Below are positions 1 to 9,912 of a stretch of 64,000 bases of DNA, in pieces. The position numbers and the translations under genes are program-made. The stretch comes from Bryobacterales bacterium KBS 96. Lineage in GTDB: Bacteria; Acidobacteriota; Terriglobia; Bryobacterales; Bryobacteraceae. Numbering within the stretch: the first letter of the stretch is position 1; the number at the start of each line of letters is the position of its first letter. The stretch spans positions 659,071-723,070 of the forward strand of contig KB906767.1 of NCBI GenBank assembly GCA_000381625.1, read 5' to 3'. Below the pieces are notes generated by a model. It was not told the DNA's origin and did not search any database. It saw only the letters and a list, made by a program, of their open reading frames with translations.

Positions 1-135
1 TAGAACAAACACGCGAATAGACTGAAGCACGCGACTGGCCGGCGTTAATAAAAAGCGTAGCCGTTTTTGTATTGATCTCTCCGGAGCCTTGGAAGGAGGC
101 TCCGGAGAGAGGAGGGCCGGTGTAACAACGTAAGG

Positions 136-3100
136 TTAGAAACTAAACTTTACCGCGACTTGAAGTATCCGCGGGTTGCTCGGGAATACAAGGTCGGGCC
201 GATTGAACGTAGAATCCGCAGGATTCAGGAAATTCCTTACCTGACTAGACGTGAGGATTGTCGAGTTGGCTGGAGCCACATCGTTTAACCAACCGCCGAT
301 GTACTGCGGATGATTGAATAGATTGGATGCTTGGCCGATTAACTCCAGGCTCATGCGTTCCGTGATGTTAAAGCGCTTCACGAGAGAAATATCGATGTTG
401 TCGGTAGGCGGCAAGCGATAGGTGTTGCGAGCGGCGTTCGGATAAACACCCTGGGCGGCTACGATATACTGTGCGCTCGGGTTGATTGCCTGGTAGGCGA
501 CCGTCTGCCCCGCGCTGTTGAGCAGGGGCGTCACATCGCTTCCGGTGTTGTTGATTCCCATCGGATTGACCACCACGCGGTCGGGCGCGGAGTCCCCATT
601 AAAATTAGAATCGGTGACACTCTGCAGCGTTGCCCACGAACCGGTCTGGTAGGTGTAAACCGGCGCCACTTCCCAATTGCCGACTACGTTTTTCATCAAC
701 CAGTTCTGGCTGCTTTTGAAGAAAGGCATGTCGTAAAGCATTGCGAACGTGGCGCGCTGGCGGTGGTCCAGCGCCGAATCGGAGCGGTCTGCCCGCAGGT
801 TTTGCGAATCCTGCGGACGCCGGGGCGTCGTTACCGTGCTGAAGACTTCGGCGGTGGAGTCGTCGATGTTATGGCTCCAGGTATAGGAGGCCGTGAACTG
901 CATCCCATTGTTGAACCGGCGCGTGAGCTGCGTGGCGAGGCCGTGATATGTCGAATTTCCAATCGGCATGTAAGCGGTGATCGGACCCACGAGTCCAAGG
1001 CCCGCGTTCGCGTACGCGGGTACGACGTCGCCACCGTTGGCGAAAGCTGCCTGGAACGCTTCTAGCGAGTTTGGCAGCGCGTCCAGCGTGGCGATGCCAG
1101 GATTGCTTAGATAGACAGGCAGGCTGTTCTGCGGAGTTACTAATGCCCGCCGGTTGATCTGAGATTGAACCGGCAAATTGACGCCGCGTGTTCCCAGGTA
1201 GCGCGCCTCGAACGTATAGTTGCTAGCGAATACATGCTGAATGCCGAAATTCCACTGAATCGATTTGGGCAGCTTCTGGTCGGGAATGTAGCCTCCAGTC
1301 AGCATCCGGGCATCGGCAGGGCTCAATGGGCCGGCCGATGCTGAATTCGGAATGGCTCCGCCAGCAAGAAAGGCCCCCGTCAGCGGCGTCGTATCTACAG
1401 TCACCTGCAACTGCGGCGGCATAGACAAAATTCCGAGATTATCGAAGAGCTGATCGTAGTTGATCCCGAAACCCGCCCGGATAGATGTATTTCCAGCGGT
1501 ACCCGGCGACCACGCAAACCCAATGCGCGGCATGATCGCGCTAGTGTCCGCGGAAGGCGTCTTAAAATCGAGCAATCCCGGCACGCTCGAAACTGCGTTA
1601 AGGCTCTGGAGCCGCTCACTATAAGGAACCGTCGTGTACTCGTACCGGAGCCCGAGATTTATCGTGAAGTTGGAACCGACTTTCCAATCGTCGTTCAAGT
1701 AGATCCCATTCTGGATCTGATCGCCGTAATAGGTCACGTCCCCGGTCGAACGCTCCATGAAGGCGTCTGGAACCGTATCCAGCAGATAACCTTCGAGTGT
1801 GCTCCACTCATAGTCGCCGCGAGCGCGCTGTGTGAATCCCTGGGGCGAGATCAGCTTGCGGAAATCGTAGCCGAGCTTAATGGTGTGATTGCCCTTTACC
1901 CACGAAAGGTTGTCGGTTGCTTCGTAGGTATTCTGAACCGTGAACTGAGGCGCGTTATCATCAGGCCCCATATCGAGATTCAGTTCATAAACATAGATGT
2001 TCGGGAACACCGTCAGGCCCGGAAAGATCTGATTGGGATTTACCGTGTACGCATTGTTGTAGCGGTTGTAACCAAGCCGCAGCTCATTAGTTATAGCCGG
2101 CGAAAACGTATGATATTCGCTTGCCGTCACCAGGTAATAGCGACTAGGGGTCGTGGTCCAGAACGTCGGGATAGACGCGGCAACGTCCTGGCCGTCTGTC
2201 TTATTATAAATGAACCGGCCACGGACCGCGTCTTTGTCCGAAACGTTGTAATCAAGGGAGGCCACGCCGTAGAAGCCATTCTGGTATGCCGAAGGGCTTA
2301 GAGATCGCAGGCCAACCGGAATCTCCACTCCTCCCACGACCACTGGCGCCCCGTTGGGTAGCGATGCGGGGTCAACGGGCGCCCCCGCGGAACCGAGATA
2401 CTGATGTAGCGTCGTCAGATTATTGGCGCTCACGCCGGGAACGCCGGCGAGCGTCGAATAGCCCGCCTCTGTCGGCGCATAGAGCGTAACCGGAGGCGGC
2501 GCATAGGCCAGTGGATTGTATTCGAAATTCGTGAAGAAGAACAGCTTGTCGCGCTTAATCGGGCCGCCGAAGGTCGCCCCCAACCGGCTCTGGTCGTAGC
2601 GCGGATGCAACTCGGTTCCGGCAATAAAGGACTGATTGTCGGCGGCGTTCATAGTTCGGTTCCGCAGGTATTCGTATAGAGTGCCATGGAAATCGTTCGT
2701 ACCGCTCTTGACAACCTGATTGAACTGGCCGCCGGAGGAATGGCCGAATTCCGGGGAGAATTGGTTCTGTAAGACGGTGAACTCGGCAACGGCGTCGTTC
2801 GGCACGAACACGAGGGGGCCGGTTATGCTCTTGTTGTTGTTATCGATGCCTTCAATCGTGAAATTGTTGTTCCGAGGACGCTGGCCGCCAACCGAAGGAC
2901 CGGAACCGGCGCCCACAGAACCGCCCGTGGACACTCCAGGGTCGAGCAGCGAAAGGTTGATAACTCCCGAACTGACAGTTCCACCGGCGGCGCCCAGGGT
3001 CGCCGTGGGCAGACTGGCCAACTGCCTGCTTTCATACGTGTTTTGAATTTGGGAATTGGTCGTATCGATCGTGGCCGAGGCCGCCGATACCTCCACGCTG

Positions 3101-3450
3101 GTGGCGGCGGTGCCGACCGCCAGCGTAACGTTCGCTGTTGACGCTTTATTCAATTCGACCGAGAGATTCCTCAGTTCCGCTTTCGTGAATCCGGAGGCAC
3201 TGATCGAAAGGTTGTAGGTCCCCACCAAAAGATTACCAAGCCGGTACTGGCCCGAGGACGTAGAAGTCGTCGAACTCTGAACACCGGTCGCTGTATTCGT
3301 TGCGGTAATCGTCGCCGCGGGAATGGTTGCCCCCGTGGCATCGTAAATTGTGCCGGTGAGTTCGCCACTCGTCGATTGGGCGAAGACCACCGCGCAACTC
3401 AGAAACAGGGCGGCGAGCGTGTAGGCGCACCGTCCTTTTCGTCTAGTCAT
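136..3450 (-). CDS. TonB-dependent outer-membrane receptor with carboxypeptidase-regulatory-like N-terminal domain
   Basis: 1104-aa ORF with a signal peptide (MTRRKGRCAYTLAALFLSCAVVFAQS) followed by a Thr/Gly-rich Ig-like domain and a long Gly/Asn/Tyr-rich barrel-like body ending ...AVKFSF. Start trimmed from the ORF-track 3534 to the in-frame ATG at 3448-3450. Confidence 0.8.
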   Translation of the reverse strand: MTRRKGRCAYTLAALFLSCAVVFAQSTSGELTGTIYDATGATIPAATITATNTATGVQSSTTSTSSGQYRLGNLLVGTYNLSISASGFTKAELRNLSVELNKASTANVTLAVGTAATSVEVSAASATIDTTNSQIQNTYESRQLASLPTATLGAAGGTVSSGVINLSLLDPGVSTGGSVGAGSGPSVGGQRPRNNNFTIEGIDNNNKSITGPLVFVPNDAVAEFTVLQNQFSPEFGHSSGGQFNQVVKSGTNDFHGTLYEYLRNRTMNAADNQSFIAGTELHPRYDQSRLGATFGGPIKRDKLFFFTNFEYNPLAYAPPPVTLYAPTEAGYSTLAGVPGVSANNLTTLHQYLGSAGAPVDPASLPNGAPVVVGGVEIPVGLRSLSPSAYQNGFYGVASLDYNVSDKDAVRGRFIYNKTDGQDVAASIPTFWTTTPSRYYLVTASEYHTFSPAITNELRLGYNRYNNAYTVNPNQIFPGLTVFPNIYVYELNLDMGPDDNAPQFTVQNTYEATDNLSWVKGNHTIKLGYDFRKLISPQGFTQRARGDYEWSTLEGYLLDTVPDAFMERSTGDVTYYGDQIQNGIYLNDDWKVGSNFTINLGLRYEYTTVPYSERLQSLNAVSSVPGLLDFKTPSADTSAIMPRIGFAWSPGTAGNTSIRAGFGINYDQLFDNLGILSMPPQLQVTVDTTPLTGAFLAGGAIPNSASAGPLSPADARMLTGGYIPDQKLPKSIQWNFGIQHVFASNYTFEARYLGTRGVNLPVQSQINRRALVTPQNSLPVYLSNPGIATLDALPNSLEAFQAAFANGGDVVPAYANAGLGLVGPITAYMPIGNSTYHGLATQLTRRFNNGMQFTASYTWSHNIDDSTAEVFSTVTTPRRPQDSQNLRADRSDSALDHRQRATFAMLYDMPFFKSSQNWLMKNVVGNWEVAPVYTYQTGSWATLQSVTDSNFNGDSAPDRVVVNPMGINNTGSDVTPLLNSAGQTVAYQAINPSAQYIVAAQGVYPNAARNTYRLPPTDNIDISLVKRFNITERMSLELIGQASNLFNHPQYIGGWLNDVAPANSTILTSSQVRNFLNPADSTFNRPDLVFPSNPRILQVAVKFSF

Positions 3451-3474
3451 GTAATGATCTGCTCCTTGTAGAAA

Positions 3475-3493
3475 GCATTTAACTTGTAAATGC
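3475..3493. promoter_or_regulatory. 7-bp inverted repeat GCATTTA-N5-TAAATGC in an AT-rich divergent intergenic region (TonB receptor / ntrY)
   Basis: Read directly from the sequence; it lies 25 to 43 nt upstream of the receptor start codon. The surrounding 3451-3725 region is unusually AT-rich and carries a GAAAGCATT direct repeat (about 3471 and 3521). Confidence 0.3.
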
Positions 3494-3725
3494 ACATCAG
3501 GTACCAAATTGCATACCACTGAAAGCATTGACAAAAACTCTCCACTTTTGCGGTGTATTACACGTTTTGAAAGTTGAGCTGCGGTTGATTATTTCAATAA
3601 TGGAAATAGATGCAACAGTACTCGTGCTTTTACTTAAGATAAATTGCGGGCGAATAAATTACGGTCTAGACATTCTCATCCGGCCCTGGTGTTGGCGCGC
3701 CTTTCCGGTAGGATGGCTATATACA

Positions 3726-5810
3726 ATGTGGCGCCGCATCGCCTTGATCTGCGCGGGTATCCTTTTTTGCGTTCTGCTCGCGCTCGTCATCTGGCAGGGT
3801 TCGTTCAATTTCGGTTCCTACGGGCCGGTTGGCCTGCAGCAGACAGTCATCACCTGGGCGGTGTCGACGGTCATTTTTCTGCTGACAGTGATGCTCGGCT
3901 TCATGCTGTTCCGCACGACCGTAAAGCTGTACATCGAGCGGCGAAGCAACCGCGAGGGTTCGCGGATACGTTCCAAGCTCATTCTAGGCGCCCTGGCGCT
4001 TACGTTAACGCCCGTGCTATTTTCGGTTCTATTCAGCGTGTACGTGCTGAATCGCAGTCTCACGAAATGGTTCAGCCGGCCCGCAGAAAACGTCGCCATC
4101 AATTTGCATGACGTGGACCGCGCCTTTCGCTCCGAATCGCAAGAGCGCGCCGAGGCGGAGGCGGACTGGCTCAGCCTGCTGCCGCAAACGCAGGATGCGG
4201 TTCAGAGCGGGCAATTCGATAGCGCGTTTTTCGAGAAGGTCTGCGCATCGCGGCGCATCGAATCTCTGGTTCTCCACCGGATAGACGGCACATTCCTTAC
4301 GCTATGCCGGAGCAAGGGCAAGCCCTCGACGCCGATCCTCGAAGCGCATGCGGATGTCGCGGCCGCGGGCGTGAAATTGGCGGCGCTTTCCGTCCGGTCC
4401 GCAATGAGCGTGGATCTCGCGGCCAAGCAGAGCGCCATCGACGCATACCTGGAGCAGCAGAAGCAGCTTGCGGCCGGCAAGAAGTTCTATCAGAACGCTT
4501 ATTTTTTGCTGATCTGCCTCATCACTCTATTCGTGCTTTTTTTCGCTTCATGGTTAGCGCAAATACTGGCGCGTCAGATCATTGTTCCGATCTCCGCATT
4601 GCTCGGAGCGGCGCGCGAAGTGCGCCAGGGCAATCTGGCGTATCGCATTCGAGTGAAAGCAATGGATGAGCTGGCTACACTGGTGCGCTCCTTCAATGAG
4701 ATGACGAGCGATCTCGAGAGCAACGCGAAAGAACTCGAAGCGCGGCGGCGGTTTACCGAGGCGATTCTCGAAAGCATTCCGACCGGCGTGATTTCGGTTT
4801 CCGACGATGGACGCATCGAGCGCGTGAACCGCGCACTGCACGGCATTTTTCCGGGCAACGCGGCGCAGACAGCGCGCCAGCTTGACGACCTTTTTCCGCG
4901 CGACGATGTTGCCGAAATCCGCTATTTGATGAAACGGGCGCGGCGAACGGGAGCCGCCGGAAGCCAGCTCGAAATCACAACCGAGGAAGCCGTCCTGCAC
5001 CTGGCCATCACTGTCGCTTCGCTCGAGCAGCGCCGCGGGTTCGTTCTTGTCCTTGAAGACACGAGCGAACTGCTGCGGGCGCAGAAATCGGCGGCATGGC
5101 AAGAGGTGGCCCGCCGCATCGCGCACGAAATAAAGAATCCGCTGACGCCAATTTCACTTTGCGCCGATCGCATCGCCAGACAGTTGCTGCGCGTGAGACT
5201 GCCGCCTGAAATCCGCGCGATTTTGAACGAGTGCACGTCGACGATCCAGCAGGAGGTGCAGACAGTGAAGAGCCTGGTGGACGAATTCTCGCAATTTTCG
5301 CGTTTCCCGGCCGCGCAACCCGCGCCCTCCGATTTGAACGAGATTGTAGAAGGCGCAATGGCCGTGTTCGCGGGACGATTGGATGACGTAACGGTCACGC
5401 TATCGCTCGATCGCAAGCTGCCGACAGTGATGGCGGACCGGGAACAGATCAAACGGGCGATTGTGAATCTTGTGGACAATGCGGCGGAAGCGTTGAACGA
5501 AGCGCCGGTGAAGAGTTTGTTGGTATCGACGCGGCAGACCGGTTCCGATACGGTAGAACTGGTCGTGGCCGATACGGGCTGCGGCATCTCCGTCAGCGAT
5601 AAGGAAAAGCTCTTCCTGCCATACTTCTCAACGAAGAATCGGGGCACCGGGCTCGGGCTCGCAATCGTCAGCCATATCGTTGCCGAGCATCACGGGCGCG
5701 TACGCGTGGAAGACAACCGTCCGGCCGGCGCACGGTTCGTGGTCGAAATTCCGACGCATGCGGCGGTCGAGCCGGATACGCCTGGGCGCGAGCCGGCGCT
5801 GAAAATTTAA
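3726..5810 (+). CDS. ntrY: NtrY-like sensor histidine kinase (multi-TM, HAMP, PAS, HisKA, HATPase)
   Basis: N-terminal TM helices, an H-box RRIAHEIKNPLTPI, and G-boxes (DTGCGI, GTGLGLAIV). The in-frame ATG at 3726 (MWRRIALICAG...) is preferred over the ORF-track 3528 extension. Confidence 0.75.
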   Translation: MWRRIALICAGILFCVLLALVIWQGSFNFGSYGPVGLQQTVITWAVSTVIFLLTVMLGFMLFRTTVKLYIERRSNREGSRIRSKLILGALALTLTPVLFSVLFSVYVLNRSLTKWFSRPAENVAINLHDVDRAFRSESQERAEAEADWLSLLPQTQDAVQSGQFDSAFFEKVCASRRIESLVLHRIDGTFLTLCRSKGKPSTPILEAHADVAAAGVKLAALSVRSAMSVDLAAKQSAIDAYLEQQKQLAAGKKFYQNAYFLLICLITLFVLFFASWLAQILARQIIVPISALLGAAREVRQGNLAYRIRVKAMDELATLVRSFNEMTSDLESNAKELEARRRFTEAILESIPTGVISVSDDGRIERVNRALHGIFPGNAAQTARQLDDLFPRDDVAEIRYLMKRARRTGAAGSQLEITTEEAVLHLAITVASLEQRRGFVLVLEDTSELLRAQKSAAWQEVARRIAHEIKNPLTPISLCADRIARQLLRVRLPPEIRAILNECTSTIQQEVQTVKSLVDEFSQFSRFPAAQPAPSDLNEIVEGAMAVFAGRLDDVTVTLSLDRKLPTVMADREQIKRAIVNLVDNAAEALNEAPVKSLLVSTRQTGSDTVELVVADTGCGISVSDKEKLFLPYFSTKNRGTGLGLAIVSHIVAEHHGRVRVEDNRPAGARFVVEIPTHAAVEPDTPGREPALKI

Positions 5811-5984
5811 GCTGCGATCCTGGGAAGAGGAGAACGGCATGCCTCGCCTCCTGAGTCGGGACGTTTTGGATGACCGGGCAGCGCCGAGATCCGGTTGCCG
5901 AGACGAGTGTCTGCGCCACGAGTGAGAGCCTGTCGGCGGGCGGCGCGCGGCATCAACATGAACGGGGAAAATCGAATATAGAGC

Positions 5985-7352
5985 ATGGCACTGCGAAGAA
6001 CCAAAGTTCTGATTGTCGACGACGAAGCAAATATTCGGCAGTCTCTGTCGGGTGTGTTATCGGACGAGGGCTATGACTGCACCGCGGTGTCGACTGGAGA
6101 GACTTGCCTTGAAGAATTGAACCGCGCGAGCTACGAAGCCGTGCTGCTCGATATCTGGATGCCGGGCATCGACGGCATGGCGACGCTCGAACGCATACAC
6201 ACGATTCCGCAGGGTGACCGACCGGTCGTGGTCATGATCTCCGGCCATGGCAACATTGAAACCGCCGTGAAGGCGACGAAACTCGGTGCATTCGATTTCA
6301 TCGAAAAGCCGCTCACCATTGAAAAGGTCAGCCTGGTGCTGAAGAATGCCTTACAACAACGGCGGATGGAACTCGAACTGGAACGATTGCGCGAGGAAGG
6401 CGGCACGCCCGAAATCATCGGCGACAGCGTGCCCGTGAAAGCGTTGCGACAACAGTTGAAGGTGATGGCAGCGACGAACGGGCGCGTGCTCATTTATGGC
6501 GAAAGCGGCACGGGAAAGGAACTGGTGGCGCATGCAATTCACAGTTCCAGCCTTCGCTCCACGGGACCGTTCGTGGAAGTGAATTGCGCGGCCTTGCCGG
6601 AGGACCTGATCGAGAGCGAACTGTTTGGACACCGCCTCTCGAAGTTCGACGGTACGCCGGACATCAAAATCGGGAAGATGCAGAAGGCTCAAGGCGGAAC
6701 GTTCTTCCTGAACGAAGTCGGCGACATGAGCCTGAAGGTACAGGCAAAGGTGTTACGTGCGCTGGACGAACACAAATTTGAACCGGTGGGAGCGTTGCAG
6801 ACCATTCAAGTGGATGTGCGCGTGATCGCTGCAACGAACAAAAACCTGGAGCAGGAGATTGAGCGTGGTAATTTTCGCGAGGACCTGTTCTACCGGCTGA
6901 ACGTGATTCCATTTACCGTGCCGCCGCTGCGCGAACACACTGAAGACATTCCTCCGCTGGCGGAGCACTTTCTTCGTGAGTTCGCGACGGCTTACGGGCG
7001 GCGTCCCAAAGAGCTGACCGCTGATGCGCTCGACGCCTTGAAGAATTACCACTGGCCTGGCAACGTGCGGGAACTACGAAACCTGATGGAACGCATCGTG
7101 ATTCTGTATCCGCAGCACCGGATTGAAGCGCGGCATCTACCGCTCGGGGCAACGAAGCGCGTCCAAACAACGCGCTCTTGGGATGGATTCTCAAGTCTGC
7201 ATGACGTGAAAGAAGCGGCGGAGCGCGAATATATTCTTCACAAGTTGGAAGAGACAGGTGGTAATGTGACGCGCACTGCCGAACTACTCGGCCTGGAGCG
7301 CAGCCATCTTTACCGCAAAATGAAAAGCCTGGGCATTGCGGCGAGAGAATGA
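5985..7352 (+). CDS. ntrX: NtrX-like response regulator (REC + AAA+ enhancer-binding-protein-like + HTH) with a degenerate GAFTGA motif
   Basis: Receiver domain (KVLIVDDE...D), Walker A GESGTGKE, ESELFGH followed by RLSKFDGT in place of KGAFTGA, and a C-terminal Fis-type HTH. Confidence 0.75.
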   Translation: MALRRTKVLIVDDEANIRQSLSGVLSDEGYDCTAVSTGETCLEELNRASYEAVLLDIWMPGIDGMATLERIHTIPQGDRPVVVMISGHGNIETAVKATKLGAFDFIEKPLTIEKVSLVLKNALQQRRMELELERLREEGGTPEIIGDSVPVKALRQQLKVMAATNGRVLIYGESGTGKELVAHAIHSSSLRSTGPFVEVNCAALPEDLIESELFGHRLSKFDGTPDIKIGKMQKAQGGTFFLNEVGDMSLKVQAKVLRALDEHKFEPVGALQTIQVDVRVIAATNKNLEQEIERGNFREDLFYRLNVIPFTVPPLREHTEDIPPLAEHFLREFATAYGRRPKELTADALDALKNYHWPGNVRELRNLMERIVILYPQHRIEARHLPLGATKRVQTTRSWDGFSSLHDVKEAAEREYILHKLEETGGNVTRTAELLGLERSHLYRKMKSLGIAARE

Positions 7353-7373
7353 GTTCCGCCAATTTGCGCAGCC

Positions 7374-7949
7374 TTACCGGCGCTCGGCAGTTCTCGCCTG
7401 GGTATGCCGGCCTTCGGCGAATTCTTCCGTCATTTTATCTATAAAAGCAGGTATGTCGTCGGGCTTGCGGCTGGTGACCAGGCCGCGATCGGTGATAACC
7501 TGTTCATCCACCCATTCCGCACCTGCGTTTGATAGGTCCGTTCGCAAAGAGGGCCACGAGGTCATGCGCTTGCCACGCACACCGCCGGCTTCGATCAGCG
7601 TCCAGGGGCCGTGACAAATTGCGGCGATGGGCTTGCTGGTTTCGACAAAGTGCCGGACGAATTTGACCGCATTGTTATTAGTTCTTAACTTATCCGGATT
7701 CATGACTCCGCCCGGAAGCAGCAAGGCATCATAGTCGTCCGGATTGGCTTCGCTTACGGTCTTATCCACGGGGATCTCGCTTCCCCACTCTTTCAGGTCC
7801 CAGGCGCGTATTTTCCCCGATTCGGGTGAGATCACTTCAGCCGTAGCGCCGGCCCGCTCCAGGCCCTTCTTGGGCTCGGTCAATTCCACCTGCTCGACTC
7901 CGATAGTCGCGAGTATCGCAACGCGCTTTCCTTGAAGATTTTTTGCCAT
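7374..7949 (-). CDS. DJ-1/PfpI family protein (type 1 glutamine amidotransferase-like)
   Basis: AICHGP nucleophile-elbow motif; about 190 aa; start set to the ATG at 7949 (MAKNLQGKRVAIL). Confidence 0.75.
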   Translation of the reverse strand: MAKNLQGKRVAILATIGVEQVELTEPKKGLERAGATAEVISPESGKIRAWDLKEWGSEIPVDKTVSEANPDDYDALLLPGGVMNPDKLRTNNNAVKFVRHFVETSKPIAAICHGPWTLIEAGGVRGKRMTSWPSLRTDLSNAGAEWVDEQVITDRGLVTSRKPDDIPAFIDKMTEEFAEGRHTQARTAERR

Positions 7950-8158
7950 GACGTGTTCCCTTCTTCGGCCATTCATACCCTGTCATTTGTCCAACAACCA
8001 AGGCGCACGCGGCGTTTCTCGCAAGTATGGCTCGTAAAAGCGCCTGAGTGGGAACGGCTCTATTTCCCGGTTCAGTGGGGCGGCGCCGTTTTCAGGTTGC
8101 CTCCACTCAGAGCCGCACTCCATCGGCATGCCCGGCATGCCCGTCCCCAAGTCACCGA

Positions 8159-9016
8159 TCAGGAATGTGCGACTGCGGCTTCCGTCAGATGGCCGTTCAG
8201 CCACAAAGGGAGATCCTGAATCGGCAGCCGGACACCGATAAAGAATTGCCCAAATTCGGCATACAGCGAGCTGGCTTCATCGAAACGCATTTCGTAAATG
8301 AGTTTCTTAAAGACCAGCGGGTCGTCCGCGAACAGATCGACGCCCCACTCCCAGTCGTCGAAGCCGATCGAACCGGTGATGATCTGGCGCACTTCATCGG
8401 CGTATCGCCTGCCGATGGCCCCATGATCCTGCATCATTCGTTGCCGCTCCGGCATAGAGGCCGAATACCAGTTGTTCCGTTCGCCTCGCCTCCGATCCAT
8501 AGGATAGAAGCACAGGTATTTAGCCGATGGGATGCGGGGGAATAAACGCGGCGCCATCGCGGCCGTCTGCCGGGCGATCACCTCTTTCACCGCAGTATTC
8601 CACTCGGGCGAAAACGCCTCAACACCCTTTTCCGCCAGTGCCGTGTACGTCTTGATCGACGAGTCATACAGCCCCAGTTCGACCACCGACACGTACGAAT
8701 GCCTTTCCTCGAGATAGTCGAACAGTTCTGTCTGCGCGAGCTGCAATTCGGCGCGGTTTAGATCTTGGAGCGAGTCCCTGAAATGCAGCAGCATCAGATC
8801 GCCTTTGTGCCCGATCTGCGAAAACAGAGCAGACTGGTTCGGATGCCCCTCAGCCGCCCCCTTTTCCGTTGGGTAAAGCGCTCGTATTGTCTCGTTCGCA
8901 ATGCGTTCCCGGTGCCAGGAGGGCAGATTGCGCCATTCCTTCCAGCGGAACCGGAACATCTGGTGGAGCGTCGCCGATCCTTCGAGCGTTAATGGCACGG
9001 GCGGCAATTCAGCCAC
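8159..9016 (-). CDS. hemQ: Coproheme decarboxylase / hydrogen peroxide-dependent heme synthase (chlorite dismutase-like, HemQ)
   Basis: Conserved C-terminal block YPMDRRRGERNNWY...MQDHGAIGRRYADEVRQIITGSIGFDDWEWGVDLFADDPLVFKKLIYEMRFDEAS. The start is uncertain: the ORF-track ATG at 9085 overlaps the upstream gene by 77 nt, whereas an in-frame GTG at 9016 lies 5 nt after the upstream stop. Confidence 0.7.
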   Translation of the reverse strand: MAELPPVPLTLEGSATLHQMFRFRWKEWRNLPSWHRERIANETIRALYPTEKGAAEGHPNQSALFSQIGHKGDLMLLHFRDSLQDLNRAELQLAQTELFDYLEERHSYVSVVELGLYDSSIKTYTALAEKGVEAFSPEWNTAVKEVIARQTAAMAPRLFPRIPSAKYLCFYPMDRRRGERNNWYSASMPERQRMMQDHGAIGRRYADEVRQIITGSIGFDDWEWGVDLFADDPLVFKKLIYEMRFDEASSLYAEFGQFFIGVRLPIQDLPLWLNGHLTEAAVAHS

Positions 9017-9848
9017 GGGTTGCCTCCGTTCGCGTTTGATCGCCAGCCGGGAGTTTAGGAAGCGGAAAACGATAATTTCCCTCAAACACTTCGCCGAACA
9101 CCTCGAGAATTTCCTCGTGAATCAAAGTATTGTCCGCCAGCAAATGCGGGCCATATAGATCGAACGCTTCACCTCGCATACCGGTGACGCGCCCGCCCGC
9201 CTCCTCGACCAGCAGCGTGCCGGCGGCCATGTCCCACGGATTGAGACCGAATTCCCAGAATGCATCGAGCCGCCCACACGCGGTATATGCCAGATCGAGT
9301 GCGGCCGAGCCGGCTCTGCGGACCCCATGCGTCATCATCGCGAGTTGATAATAGAAGTGCACGTTCACATTCTGATGACGACGGCGGCTGGGAAATCCCG
9401 TTGCCACCAGTGAGTCTTCGAGAGTGGCGGCACGGCTGACTCGAATCTTGCTGCCGTTCAAGGTCGCCCCGGCTCCTCGTTCCGTGGCGAATAGCTCGTT
9501 GCGCTCCGGATCGAAAATCACACCGGCAATAATCTCGCCGCGCCGGGCAAGAGCGAGCGTCGCGTTGAACATCGGGAAGCCATGGGCGAAATTGGTAGTG
9601 CCGTCAAGCGGATCCACGTACCAGCGGTATTCAGATTTCATCTCGGCGTGGCCGCCTTCTTCGGCGACGATGCCATGATCGGGGAAGCGCTTCTTCAGTT
9701 CTTTGACGACCAGCTCTTCGCTCGCCCGGTCGGCGGCCGTAACAAGATCGTACTCGCCTTTCAACTCAAAGCCAACACCCCGATACGACATCAGCACACC
9801 GCCGGCTTCGCGGGCGATCTCGATCGCCGCTTCCAGGAAATAACTCAT
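9009..9848 (-). CDS. suhB: Inositol monophosphatase family protein
   Basis: Motifs WYVDPLDGTTNF and GRLDAFWE..WD.AAG. Confidence 0.75.
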   Translation of the reverse strand: MSYFLEAAIEIAREAGGVLMSYRGVGFELKGEYDLVTAADRASEELVVKELKKRFPDHGIVAEEGGHAEMKSEYRWYVDPLDGTTNFAHGFPMFNATLALARRGEIIAGVIFDPERNELFATERGAGATLNGSKIRVSRAATLEDSLVATGFPSRRRHQNVNVHFYYQLAMMTHGVRRAGSAALDLAYTACGRLDAFWEFGLNPWDMAAGTLLVEEAGGRVTGMRGEAFDLYGPHLLADNTLIHEEILEVFGEVFEGNYRFPLPKLPAGDQTRTEATRG

Positions 9849-9912
9849 ATACCTCTATTGAACCTGATCGGGTTTGCCGAAGCAGCAGAGCGGGCGAATA
9901 TGTGATATTGTC

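Noticed and set aside
763-3430. Multiple 60 to 140-aa ORFs on both strands inside the TonB-dependent receptor gene (763-1065, 1885-2301, 2720-3046 and others)
   Set aside because: They lie entirely within a long, well-supported CDS and have Arg/Ser/Pro-rich compositions typical of GC-rich alternate frames.
3528-3725. ORF-track N-terminal extension of the histidine kinase (MTKTLHFCGVLHV...)
   Set aside because: The AT-rich, low-complexity translation has no membrane or sensor features. The in-frame ATG at 3726 gives a canonical NtrY N-terminus.
8110-8135. Tandem duplication GCATGCCCG GCATGCCCG in the DJ-1/hemQ intergenic region
   Set aside because: A 2-copy 9-mer has no evident function and is likely replication slippage.
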